A stretch of DNA of 20,000 bases from an uncultured virus (IMG/VR IMGVR_UViG_3300042453_004077). Its lineage: Duplodnaviria; Heunggongvirae; Uroviricota; Caudoviricetes. The stretch is taken from IMG/VR virus record IMGVR_UViG_3300042453_004077; one strand, given 5' to 3'. A program made the position numbers and the translations under genes. Shown piece after piece: positions 7,976 through 15,223 of this stretch (positions within the stretch are counted from its first letter, which is position 1; each line of letters begins with the position of its first letter). The notes beneath the pieces were generated by a model. That model was given only the letters and a program-made list of their open reading frames with translations. It ran no database searches and had not been told where the DNA came from.

Positions 7976-8916
7976 GAACCTTCCTGCCAGACGCTCACGA
8001 AAACTGTTCCTTGCCTATAGAGCGGAAGAATTTTGTTGATGAGGTCTTGATTATGAATGCGGCAACATCCGTGAGTTGCGACAAGCGGCTGACGAGGAGC
8101 CCAAGCACCCGGCCATCCCAATGCACTTCCGCCCCCATGGAGACCAATGCCTGCGCGTCCTACTTTGCCCTCTTGATTTTCCAGCTCGACCATGTCATAG
8201 AAGGCCCAGCCATAAGCCATGAGCGTACGGTCGTAAGGAGCCTTTTCTCCATGGAGAGCATGGTCGTTGTAGAGTTGTCCCAGCTTGTACAATCCTGGCG
8301 GAGCGTCAGAATTATGGAGCTTCCATTCAAGGTCGCTGTACTGCCCACGAGCCAAGCAAGGGATTTCCCATAGAAGCTTCCCTTCAAAAGAGAAAGCTTT
8401 CATGGTTTCCTTGGCATCGTTCACGACAAGGTGTGAGTCGCCTTGCTTAAAGCCAAAATCTTGCGGGCGTTTCTTGGGACCAATCATGGCAGAAGTAGTG
8501 GATTCTGGAGCGTATTGCTTCATCAGTTTAGAAAGCTTTGCCGGATAATCAGGATCCGTGGCATATTTCTGTTGATAAAGCATGCGGGCCGCTGCGTAGC
8601 GGTTGGGAGCCGTATTGATGCCCTTGAAATGCCGATAGTCTTTATACCAGCGAGTGACTAGGTATTCAATGCAAGCGGCAATGGAAGGGAAGTCAATAAA
8701 GCCTGCCCTGATCGTCACCCACTGCCCATCGTAAAATTCTTTCGTCGAGACAGTAGAGCCATCGCCTTTCAGGCCAAGCACATTATTCTTGCCCGAAAAG
8801 TGCTTACCAAAGCCGCTTTCAAGACAGCACTGAGCCGCAACAAGCTCTGGAAACCGTGCTCCGCATTTGCGTGCAATATCAAAGCACTGGTTCCAGAAAG
8901 CTTGTTCAGCGGACAT
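7972..8916 (-). CDS. Endolysin: N-terminal GH73 glucosaminidase/FlgJ-like domain + C-terminal YkuD/L,D-transpeptidase-like domain
   Basis: AAQCCLESGFG, NNVLGLK and YATDPDY fit GH73. PPGLYKL...GIGLHG...THGCCRI fits a YkuD His/Cys motif. ATG 8916 follows the holin stop. Confidence 0.85.
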   Translation of the reverse strand: MSAEQAFWNQCFDIARKCGARFPELVAAQCCLESGFGKHFSGKNNVLGLKGDGSTVSTKEFYDGQWVTIRAGFIDFPSIAACIEYLVTRWYKDYRHFKGINTAPNRYAAARMLYQQKYATDPDYPAKLSKLMKQYAPESTTSAMIGPKKRPQDFGFKQGDSHLVVNDAKETMKAFSFEGKLLWEIPCLARGQYSDLEWKLHNSDAPPGLYKLGQLYNDHALHGEKAPYDRTLMAYGWAFYDMVELENQEGKVGRAGIGLHGGGSALGWPGAWAPRQPLVATHGCCRIHNQDLINKILPLYRQGTVFVSVWQEGS

Positions 8917-8918
8917 GC

Positions 8919-9062
8919 TCAACCCTTCACGCGAAAGACTGCCTTGAGGCCAGTCAGAAGCAATTGCACCACGTTATTGCTTTTCCAGGGAGTGTGTTGA
9001 ATCACTTGGTCGGCGGCCGCGATGACAATGCCGCCAACAACAAACCATTCAATGGAGGTCAT
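8919..9062 (-). CDS. Putative holin (47 aa; not in ORF track)
   Basis: Hand translation: MTSIEWFVVGGIVIAAADQVIQHTPWKSNNVVQLLLTGLKAVFRVKG. Hydrophobic segments and a basic tail; immediately upstream of the endolysin. Confidence 0.7.
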   Translation of the reverse strand: MTSIEWFVVGGIVIAAADQVIQHTPWKSNNVVQLLLTGLKAVFRVKG

Positions 9063-9086
9063 GATAAGGAAAGCTTTTCCCTTAGC

Positions 9087-9296
9087 TTAGCGCTCGATTT
9101 CCAGCGAACGCACGCGAGTTTCAAGGCTCTTAATGTTTTCGGTGAGAGCGTCTAGCTTTTCAATGACGGTCTCAACTTGTGTGGTAATGCGAGCTTGCTG
9201 AGTGCCAATAGCTACCATCGTGCCACCAGTGGCAAGAAGCATTCCCGCTGTAACGGTCACCGCCAAATCAGCGGCCTTTTCTTGCCAGGTCTTCAT
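9087..9296 (-). CDS. Membrane-anchored coiled-coil protein (holin/antiholin-like)
   Basis: N-terminal hydrophobic segment, then heptads (LDALTENIKSLETRVRSLE); first gene of the lysis cassette. Confidence 0.65.
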   Translation of the reverse strand: MKTWQEKAADLAVTVTAGMLLATGGTMVAIGTQQARITTQVETVIEKLDALTENIKSLETRVRSLEIER

Positions 9297-9386
9297 TGGA
9301 CGAGTGACACTTTTTCTTCTATTCTACATTCTCCCCTCCATCGCCTTCGGTGGTTTAAGCTAAAGGCAAGCGAGCATTGTGATGCT

Positions 9387-9875
9387 ATGCGGCAAGAAAA
9401 TGGACCAGAGAATCTGCTTTATTCTTTGTCTGTTTTACGCCCTGGAGAGGCTAAGCGTCGCTTCCGCAAAAGCATCTTTGAAGACTATCCCGTTAAGGGA
9501 CCATTTGGCCATTGCGCCTGTGCCTATTGTGGTCGATGGAACGAAAAACTGACCATTGATCACATTGTGCCCAAGAGCAAAGGAGGGCCGCATTTCTCGA
9601 AATGGAACAGCGCTCCGTCGTGCTTAAGCTGCAATGCAAGCAAAAGCAATTTGCCGCTGTTTGAATGGTGGAGGCCCCAGCAGTTTTGGACACAACAGCG
9701 TGAAGATGCTTTGATGGCATGGATTTATGCTCATAGCTTTGTCAGCGCGCACACTGCCATTGGCGACTGGGAGCAGTGGATGCACGAAACGCAACGGGTG
9801 GTGCCCATTCACGAAGCGCATGAAAAAGCGGCCCGAGTATGGCCGCTTTCTTTGCAATTGGGACTAGCTGGTTAG
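9387..9875 (+). CDS. HNH endonuclease
   Basis: CAYCG...LTIDHIVPKSKGG...N..PSCLSCNASKSN. ATG 9387 avoids overlap with the divergent gene. Confidence 0.9.
   Translation: MRQENGPENLLYSLSVLRPGEAKRRFRKSIFEDYPVKGPFGHCACAYCGRWNEKLTIDHIVPKSKGGPHFSKWNSAPSCLSCNASKSNLPLFEWWRPQQFWTQQREDALMAWIYAHSFVSAHTAIGDWEQWMHETQRVVPIHEAHEKAARVWPLSLQLGLAG
9823..9853. terminator. Probable bidirectional terminator between convergent units
   Basis: AAAGCGGCC-CGAGTAT-GGCCGCTTT with an A-tract on the left and a T-rich tract on the right. Confidence 0.6.
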
Positions 9876-10246
9876 CTGACTGGCTTGAACATTTCTGGAG
9901 GCCCTTGTCTCACGCTAGGCAATGGACAGAATCCATCAGGGCATCCGCTGATCATATAGGAGTCGGGGTCGTGCTCGGCAATATGCAAAGTCACTTCTTT
10001 ACTTTGCTCGGCAATCCTTTGAGCTTGGGCTTCTTCTATTTCCTTGATGGCAATCAAGCGCTCAAGATACCACTGTCCTTTGCGCAAATCCTCTGCGCCG
10101 TTTTTCTGCTGGTAGCGCCACAAGTATTTGATGCTGTTGCCCTTGAGAAACCCCTTGAAGGCTTCAGTGGTCATTGATGCTTCAATGGCCTCAATACACT
10201 CAATAGGGCTGGAAGTGTAGTGCGATGGATTGATGGGGTCGTGCAT
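9872..10246 (-). CDS. DUF3310 / T7 gp1.7-like putative nucleotide kinase
   Basis: DPINPSHY...IECIEAI...GFLKGNSIKYLWRYQQKNGAEDLRKGQWYLERLI. Confidence 0.88.
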   Translation of the reverse strand: MHDPINPSHYTSSPIECIEAIEASMTTEAFKGFLKGNSIKYLWRYQQKNGAEDLRKGQWYLERLIAIKEIEEAQAQRIAEQSKEVTLHIAEHDPDSYMISGCPDGFCPLPSVRQGPPEMFKPVS

Positions 10247-10248
10247 GA

Positions 10249-10962
10249 TCAGAATTGATAGTTGTTGGCAGCAAAAGCCTCGAAAGCTTCAGGAGCTACT
10301 GGCCGTCCAAGAGCGAACAGGGCATCGGCATAAGCCACGATTTCTCCCTGGGCGCCAGCTCCTTTACGAAGACTGACGAAATGAAGAAGGGCCTGCAATG
10401 AGCAAGTCCAAACAAAAGAGGTGTACATAGCAGGAGGCAGCACGGCACGAGCCTGCTCCTTGCTCACTCCCATCGTCAGAAGGTCTTCATAGGCCGCTTT
10501 GGCCGCCCACAAGCCGCTTGCGTAGGCAAGCTTGGCCTGTTCCTGCGCAGCGCCAGGCAACGGCCCTGCAGAGGCCTGTCTGTTGCTTTCGCTTTGCTGC
10601 AGGAAAACGCTGGGCATGTAAAACTCAGCATCTTCAGCAGAGCAGTAGCGATAGCTCTTTTCGTTCCAGCCCAGTTGATCATCCACATAAGTGCAAGCCA
10701 CTGTATGTTTCCACCATTGCCTGGCAACAAACAACGGAGCTTTCACAAACCATTTGAAAACAACGCCTCGGAACGGGCTAGTGTGATGCTCGCGAGCCAG
10801 GTAGTTCAACAGTTTGGCGTCCTTTTCGGACCAATCAGCAGAAGCCTTTTCAAAGCTTTGACGGGCATCGTTGACCACGGACAAGCTATTGCCCATGAAA
10901 TCAAGAAGCCTCACCTCGCTAGTGCCGTCTTCGAGAGGGTCGATGGAAGGGAGAGAGTGCAT
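10249..10962 (-). CDS. thyX: FAD-dependent thymidylate synthase (variant motif)
   Basis: VVNDARQSF, HTSPF, KAPLFVARQW, NEKSYRY, GVSKEQARAVLP, LLHFVSLR, AQGEI. Confidence 0.92.
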   Translation of the reverse strand: MHSLPSIDPLEDGTSEVRLLDFMGNSLSVVNDARQSFEKASADWSEKDAKLLNYLAREHHTSPFRGVVFKWFVKAPLFVARQWWKHTVACTYVDDQLGWNEKSYRYCSAEDAEFYMPSVFLQQSESNRQASAGPLPGAAQEQAKLAYASGLWAAKAAYEDLLTMGVSKEQARAVLPPAMYTSFVWTCSLQALLHFVSLRKGAGAQGEIVAYADALFALGRPVAPEAFEAFAANNYQF

Positions 10963-11162
10963 TAGTTCTTAGGAAGAAATACGGCGCGGAAAGTGAAAGC
11001 AGCCAGCCACCACTGCCAGAAAGCAAGGGAAAACAATGGGAAGAAAAATGAAGCACAAATGCTCAGAAGCCAACCGTTAATGGCGGAAGAAATGGCGGCA
11101 GTGACCATCAGGACAAGAAGCTCGCCGTATTTTTCGGCAGTAGTCTTTTCGGGCCGTATCAC
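10962..11162 (-). CDS. Small two-TM membrane protein
   Basis: Two hydrophobic stretches; TAATG overlap with thyX; promoter upstream. Confidence 0.7.
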   Translation of the reverse strand: MIRPEKTTAEKYGELLVLMVTAAISSAINGWLLSICASFFFPLFSLAFWQWWLAAFTFRAVFLPKN

Positions 11163-11185
11163 AAGAAGGAGCCGAACGCTTTGTG

Positions 11186-11214
11186 ATTGTAGGCAAGGCA
11201 GTGCTTTTCGGCAA
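11186..11214 (-). promoter_or_regulatory. Sigma70-type promoter for the thyX operon
   Basis: Minus strand TTGCCG (11214-11209), 17-nt spacer, TACAAT (11191-11186); 23 nt before GTG 11162. Confidence 0.7.
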
Positions 11215-11294
11215 GCCGCCCGCTTCTTTTCGGCTCTCCTCCATGGTCCTTCTTAATGCGCGATTAAGCTTGAGGAAAGGCCATCAGACAAACA

Positions 11295-11660
11295 ATGAAG
11301 TTTTGCTTGCCCGTTGAGCTAACATTCAACAATCGTCACATCCATGCAGTTATGGGGCCATTCGAGCACTCAGCAGAACGAGAGTTTGCTTTGACAGTCA
11401 ATCGAAGGGCCATTGACGATTGCACCGACTTTAAGCAGCTCAAGGAGGTGTCGAAGAACCTGCTGCAGGGCTGGTGTTCCATGCAGACTGCCGTTCAGAG
11501 CTTGATGCTTGAAAACATCCAGCTTCGTCAAGCCATAGCGCAACGGGACAATGACTTGGCTGCTGCTGAAGAAATGCTCAACGAGGCTGCTGAGACTGTG
11601 CAGCAATATGCCCAGCAATCATCGAGAGCCAGGTGGAGTCTTTGGCCATGGCAGAAGTGA
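11295..11660 (+). CDS. Helical protein with possible NblA-like segment and coiled coil
   Basis: SAEREFALTVNRRAIDDCTDFKQLKEVSKNLL helix-turn-helix pattern. Alternative start ATG 11352. The ORF is well supported but the function is tentative. Confidence 0.6.
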   Translation: MKFCLPVELTFNNRHIHAVMGPFEHSAEREFALTVNRRAIDDCTDFKQLKEVSKNLLQGWCSMQTAVQSLMLENIQLRQAIAQRDNDLAAAEEMLNEAAETVQQYAQQSSRARWSLWPWQK

Positions 11661-11955
11661 GAAGAAAAATCGTCCAGCCGCTCGTGTAGGCGAGATTATA
11701 TTTTTTGCAATCTCGCTCATAGCCAGAGCCAGTGACGTGGCGGCCACGATTATAAACACCACCCTGTATTTCGACGCCAGTGCGAGAGTCGGGGTGAGCA
11801 AAGTCAAGACGATACCTCTTAGAGCGTTTACTTCGGGAATAGCGCTCTTGATAGTCTTTTTCCCAGGCCTCAATGTCGCTATATTCTCGTTCTAGAGAGA
11901 GCCGAGGATAGTGCGCCTGCCAGAGGCTCAGGAACTGATCTTCAAGAGCGCTCAA
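11578..11955 (-). CDS. DUF559/Vsr-like PD-(D/E)XK endonuclease
   Basis: YRLDFAHP...GVEIQGG...GRH...YERDCKKYN.A...GW. Confidence 0.82.
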   Translation of the reverse strand: MSALEDQFLSLWQAHYPRLSLEREYSDIEAWEKDYQERYSRSKRSKRYRLDFAHPDSRTGVEIQGGVYNRGRHVTGSGYERDCKKYNLAYTSGWTIFLLTSAMAKDSTWLSMIAGHIAAQSQQPR

Positions 11956-11957
11956 GG

Positions 11958-12551
11958 CTACACAGCAGCTAAATGCACCTTAGCGCCTTGGTTCTGGTAG
12001 TGGCCTGTGTAAGCCTGCTCGACATTGCTGGAAAGCTGCACGAGCATGATTTGCACAATGCCTTCATTGGCATAAATGCGAGCCGGAAATGCCGTGGGAT
12101 TGGCAATGTGCATGGTCAAGTGGCCCGCCCAGCCAGGCTCAATAGGCGTCACGTTGATAATGATGCCGCAACGGGCATAAGTGCTTTTACCATCGCACAA
12201 GCCCATGATACTTGGGGGCATGGAAATCAGCTCCAGACTCACACCAAGGCCAAAGCTATGGGGAGGCAAGTAGAAAAAGGAGCTTCCCTCTGCATGCACT
12301 AGCGGAGCTTCATAGGGAATGGTGGGGTCAGAAAGCTTAGGGTCGAGGAAGGGCTTGTGCTTCCCCTTGCAGCTCTTTCCATCGAACACCAGGAAATGGT
12401 CGGGAGAAAGTCTAATGTCGTAGCCAGCTTGTGACAGGCCGTAAGAAATGGCTTTTATGCCATTGTCAAGCGTGCGACGCTTTTCGCCAATGTAAGGCGA
12501 GAAAATGTCAATTTCAGCAAGCTTGCTAATTTCTTTGTCAGTGAGAAGCAT
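11958..12551 (-). CDS. dcd: dCTP deaminase/dUTPase-family protein (catalytic Glu replaced)
   Basis: ISYGLSQAGYDIRL, GKSTYARCGIIINVTPIEPGW.G, IYANEGIVQ and YQNQ. The usual TLE motif reads TMH. Confidence 0.88.
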   Translation of the reverse strand: MLLTDKEISKLAEIDIFSPYIGEKRRTLDNGIKAISYGLSQAGYDIRLSPDHFLVFDGKSCKGKHKPFLDPKLSDPTIPYEAPLVHAEGSSFFYLPPHSFGLGVSLELISMPPSIMGLCDGKSTYARCGIIINVTPIEPGWAGHLTMHIANPTAFPARIYANEGIVQIMLVQLSSNVEQAYTGHYQNQGAKVHLAAV

Positions 12552-12569
12552 GGTCGTTCAGTGAAGGGA

Positions 12570-12647
12570 CTAATTACGGCTCATTAAGTCGTCAGCCAGG
12601 AGATAGCCGAGCACAAAGCAGAGCGCAAAAATAATGATGTGTTCCAT
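12570..12647 (-). CDS. Tiny single-TM peptide (25 aa; not in ORF track)
   Basis: MEHIIIFALCFVLGYLLADDLMSRN fills the gap between the terminator and dcd. Confidence 0.5.
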   Translation of the reverse strand: MEHIIIFALCFVLGYLLADDLMSRN

Positions 12648-12649
12648 AG

Positions 12650-12672
12650 AAGGAAAGGGGCCGAAGCCCCTT
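12650..12672 (-). terminator. Rho-independent terminator after the SSB-like gene
   Basis: Minus strand AAGGGGC-TTCG-GCCCCTT-TCCTT; cUUCGg loop. Confidence 0.75.
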
Positions 12673-12676
12673 ATTT

Positions 12677-12928
12677 TCAGAACAGATCGTCAGAGCCACC
12701 CATATTGGTCCACACCGAAGCGTAGCCTTTAGGAGCGTCACGATCAGCGCCTTTCACTTTGACGCTGCCCGTATAGCCAGGGGCGCGGTCGGAGGTGCGA
12801 CGAGTGTTCTCCCACACTGCAAGGTCGAGAGAGTAGTTGCCACGATCATTGGGACCAGCGGCCTTCAGTGCATTAAGCACGTCAGGGGTGAGATCGATAG
12901 CGGCAGTGATTGGAGGCTTTCCAGCCAT
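12677..12928 (-). CDS. Putative single-stranded DNA-binding protein (DUF736-like)
   Basis: SDRAPGYTGSV motif, acidic-aromatic tail DDLF, and location in the exonuclease/annealase module. ATG 12928 preferred. Confidence 0.6.
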   Translation of the reverse strand: MAGKPPITAAIDLTPDVLNALKAAGPNDRGNYSLDLAVWENTRRTSDRAPGYTGSVKVKGADRDAPKGYASVWTNMGGSDDLF

Positions 12929-12978
12929 TGTGTTTCTCCAGGGGAGTGATGGTACAGCCCGTTTCGGGCTTGCCAATC

Positions 12979-13743
12979 TTACCCCTTATCCATCGTCAAT
13001 GCAAAGGCCCTGGCGCCAGGGTAGTGCTCATTGAAATATCTCTTCACAGTGTCGACCATGATCCGTTGCTGTGCTACCAGTTCAAAGCCGTCGAGATGGA
13101 CAAGCTGAAGCAAGCCCTCGCTCTTTTCGTCTTCCGGGTCGAAGCATGAGATGACGCACCAGGCTTCGTCGATCTCCTGCCCGTACATTTGAGAAGCGGC
13201 CATGGAATAGGCGCCAAGCTGGCGCTTGTAATCGGCAAGCTGGTAGTCAGGCTTTTCTTTGAAGCTGGTCTTCCAGTCGATGAGCGCAGTGGTGCCGCTG
13301 GCCATTTTTGCCACCATGTCGAGAGTGCCGCTGTAGCCAATGGCATGCGCTTCGTCCCACCATGCCACAGCGCTTTCCACGAGTACTGGCTCGGCAATAT
13401 GCTCTAAGAATGGCTCAACAGTTTGAAAATAGATGGCCCACTCCAAGGCCTTTTCGAGATGGTGTTCAATATCCTCCCCATTGAACCAATCTTCAAGAAT
13501 GCCATGGAGCCAAGTGCCACGATTGGCAGCAAGGCGAGTGCGGCGATTTGCCTCATCATTCCCCACTCGCTTGCGCCAGTTCATGATGGCCATGATCTTG
13601 GCTACTGGCGCCATGGAAGAGAGCGTGGTGGTTACAGACGGAAGAACCATGCCCTCAGGAACGTTTGGAAACCCTTCGCAAATGTAGTGGCGACGATTGT
13701 TCAAGCTAATACGCTTGGGTTCAAAACGCTCGAACAAAGGCAT
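12979..13743 (-). CDS. PD-(D/E)XK exonuclease (phage recombination exonuclease)
   Basis: PSVTT, WRKRVG.EA, RGTWLH, GYSGTLD, LIDWKTS, QLGAY. ATG 13743 preferred. Confidence 0.9.
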   Translation of the reverse strand: MPLFERFEPKRISLNNRRHYICEGFPNVPEGMVLPSVTTTLSSMAPVAKIMAIMNWRKRVGNDEANRRTRLAANRGTWLHGILEDWFNGEDIEHHLEKALEWAIYFQTVEPFLEHIAEPVLVESAVAWWDEAHAIGYSGTLDMVAKMASGTTALIDWKTSFKEKPDYQLADYKRQLGAYSMAASQMYGQEIDEAWCVISCFDPEDEKSEGLLQLVHLDGFELVAQQRIMVDTVKRYFNEHYPGARAFALTMDKG

Positions 13744-13774
13744 GGTTCGGGACAGGAGGAGGTCATAGCAAGCC

Positions 13775-13803
13775 ACTATGACTCCTATCGGCTAGGAATG
13801 CAA
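13775..13803 (-). promoter_or_regulatory. Possible promoter for the exonuclease, with the -10 inside a hairpin
   Basis: Minus strand TTGCAT (13803-13798), 17-nt spacer, CATAGT (13780-13775); inverted repeat 13758-13785. Confidence 0.45.
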
Positions 13804-13922
13804 TAGCCTCCAGAACTGTAGTAACCAAGCGGACACGAGCCTTTCTTGATGATTGGCTCATTACAAGCCAACACGGGCGAAGCAAGGAGAACGATGGAGA
13901 AGAAGGCGAGAATGGTTTTCAT
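13785..13922 (-). CDS. Small secreted or lipoprotein-like Cys peptide (45 aa; not in ORF track)
   Basis: MKTILAFFSIVLLASPVLA|CNEPIIKKGSCPLGYYSSGGYCIPSR. Signal peptide; ATGA overlap with the upstream gene. Confidence 0.72.
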   Translation of the reverse strand: MKTILAFFSIVLLASPVLACNEPIIKKGSCPLGYYSSGGYCIPSR

Positions 13923-14170
13923 CGTGAAAGATCGTAGGAATCGACAATTGCGCCAGAATCACGGTCCCAGCAAGTGTGGCAGTCGGGGCATTGATAAGCA
14001 ATGCAACGATCCTGCTGCCAAGAGCTAATGGCAATCACTCGTGAGAACCATTTGCTATTTCCGAATAGCGAACGGCTTTCTTCTGGAATGGGCGTATCAT
14101 GCCAGAGTGTCCCGCACTCGGGACAGTGCGAGATGTCAGAGAACGAGCGAGGCTTGGGCAAACTGATCAT
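13919..14170 (-). CDS. Zinc-ribbon protein (83 aa)
   Basis: CPECG...YQCPDC; ATG 14170. Confidence 0.75.
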   Translation of the reverse strand: MISLPKPRSFSDISHCPECGTLWHDTPIPEESRSLFGNSKWFSRVIAISSWQQDRCIAYQCPDCHTCWDRDSGAIVDSYDLSR

Positions 14171-14200
14171 AGTCTTCGGAAAGAGGAGAACCTTCGTCGT

Positions 14201-14261
14201 CAAGAGCAATGGCGCCCGCAAAGAATCTTGCGAGCGCTGCTGCTGCCTTGTCTACTTTTTT
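14201..14261 (-). other. Candidate programmed -1 ribosomal frameshift signal
   Basis: In-frame A_AAA_AAG (14261-14255) directly before TAG, followed by a long imperfect hairpin (14250-14201). The -1 frame is open to 14136. Confidence 0.6.
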
Positions 14262-15223
14262 GCTTCTACGTAGGCCCTCACTGCCTCAATGGCGCTATCA
14301 ACACCGTTCAGGCACGCCTCGCGCAGTGCATCAATGTCTTTCCCCATTGTTGTCTTTGCCACTTTGATGCCTTCTTCCTTCACCCATGCAGACACCATGG
14401 CAGTAACTACATTGGCGAACATTGCTGCATCCTTGATCTCTTCGCCTTTTGACAGGCCAACAGTCTCAAGGGCACGCTTGCCAGCCATCATGCTTGACCG
14501 CTCGTCTGCATGAAAGAAGAGATTGGCCTTGCAGAAGCCAAGAAGAGCTCCCTTCCCATCGAACTCACTGGTTCCATTGGAGGCAGTAGTCCCATTGCTT
14601 CCAACTGCTGCATCAGGAGCTGCAGCTTCCTGCTCTGGCGCCTTTGCCCTCGTTGAAGACTGCGCAGTCGTCTGTTGGAGCGGGAGCCGGGGCGATTCCT
14701 TTTCATCGTCTGCTTTGGGAACGTCTTCACCTGCATAGAGCTTGAGACCTAAGCCAGTGAAAGTGGCAATGCACTTCACGGAAGCGCGTTGGATGTTGTC
14801 GCTCACTTGGCGAGCGTCAAGGGCCTTCACTGCATTGTGCTTGTTGTCCATCACTGGAAATACCAGCGCGGGTGTTCGCTTGATGCCATCTGTAAGATAG
14901 GGACGGAGCAACCAGCAGCCCTCTTGGCCGAACACAGGCCAGCCAGCTTCCTTTTCTTCAAAGGCCACGTAGACAGAAGGAAACTGTTCCTTCAAATAGC
15001 GGAAGGCAAAAGGCCACGAAAGATAGGACAGCCCCTTGTAGTTCTTCTCCACATGATCGCCAATCGGCAGCTCATAAGCCTTGGTGAAGGCTTCTGGAGA
15101 GATTTCGAGGGGGCTGAAATGGCCAAGCATGCGCTCAGTGAGCATTGCTTCGTTGACGGCAGTGACGGGCAGGGTCATGTCTTGGAAATGGGCAGGATCG
15201 TAAAAGAGAAGGGAAGAGCTCAT
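14252..15223 (-). CDS. Sak3/DUF1071-like single-strand annealing protein with extra C-terminal domain
   Basis: HVEK..GLSYLSW, PVMDNKHNAV, IQRASVKCIA..GLGLKLYAGED, then a Q/A/T-rich linker and a helical domain. Confidence 0.88.
   Translation of the reverse strand: MSSSLLFYDPAHFQDMTLPVTAVNEAMLTERMLGHFSPLEISPEAFTKAYELPIGDHVEKNYKGLSYLSWPFAFRYLKEQFPSVYVAFEEKEAGWPVFGQEGCWLLRPYLTDGIKRTPALVFPVMDNKHNAVKALDARQVSDNIQRASVKCIATFTGLGLKLYAGEDVPKADDEKESPRLPLQQTTAQSSTRAKAPEQEAAAPDAAVGSNGTTASNGTSEFDGKGALLGFCKANLFFHADERSSMMAGKRALETVGLSKGEEIKDAAMFANVVTAMVSAWVKEEGIKVAKTTMGKDIDALREACLNGVDSAIEAVRAYVEAKK

Noticed and set aside
9177..9386. N-terminal extension of the HNH ORF given in the ORF track
   Set aside because: It overlaps the divergent lysis gene and two promoter-like elements. 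ATG 9387 fits the -10 spacing pattern.
9387..9875. HNH gene as an intron-encoded or intein-associated homing element
   Set aside because: It is free-standing between intact genes, with no split host gene or splice motifs visible.
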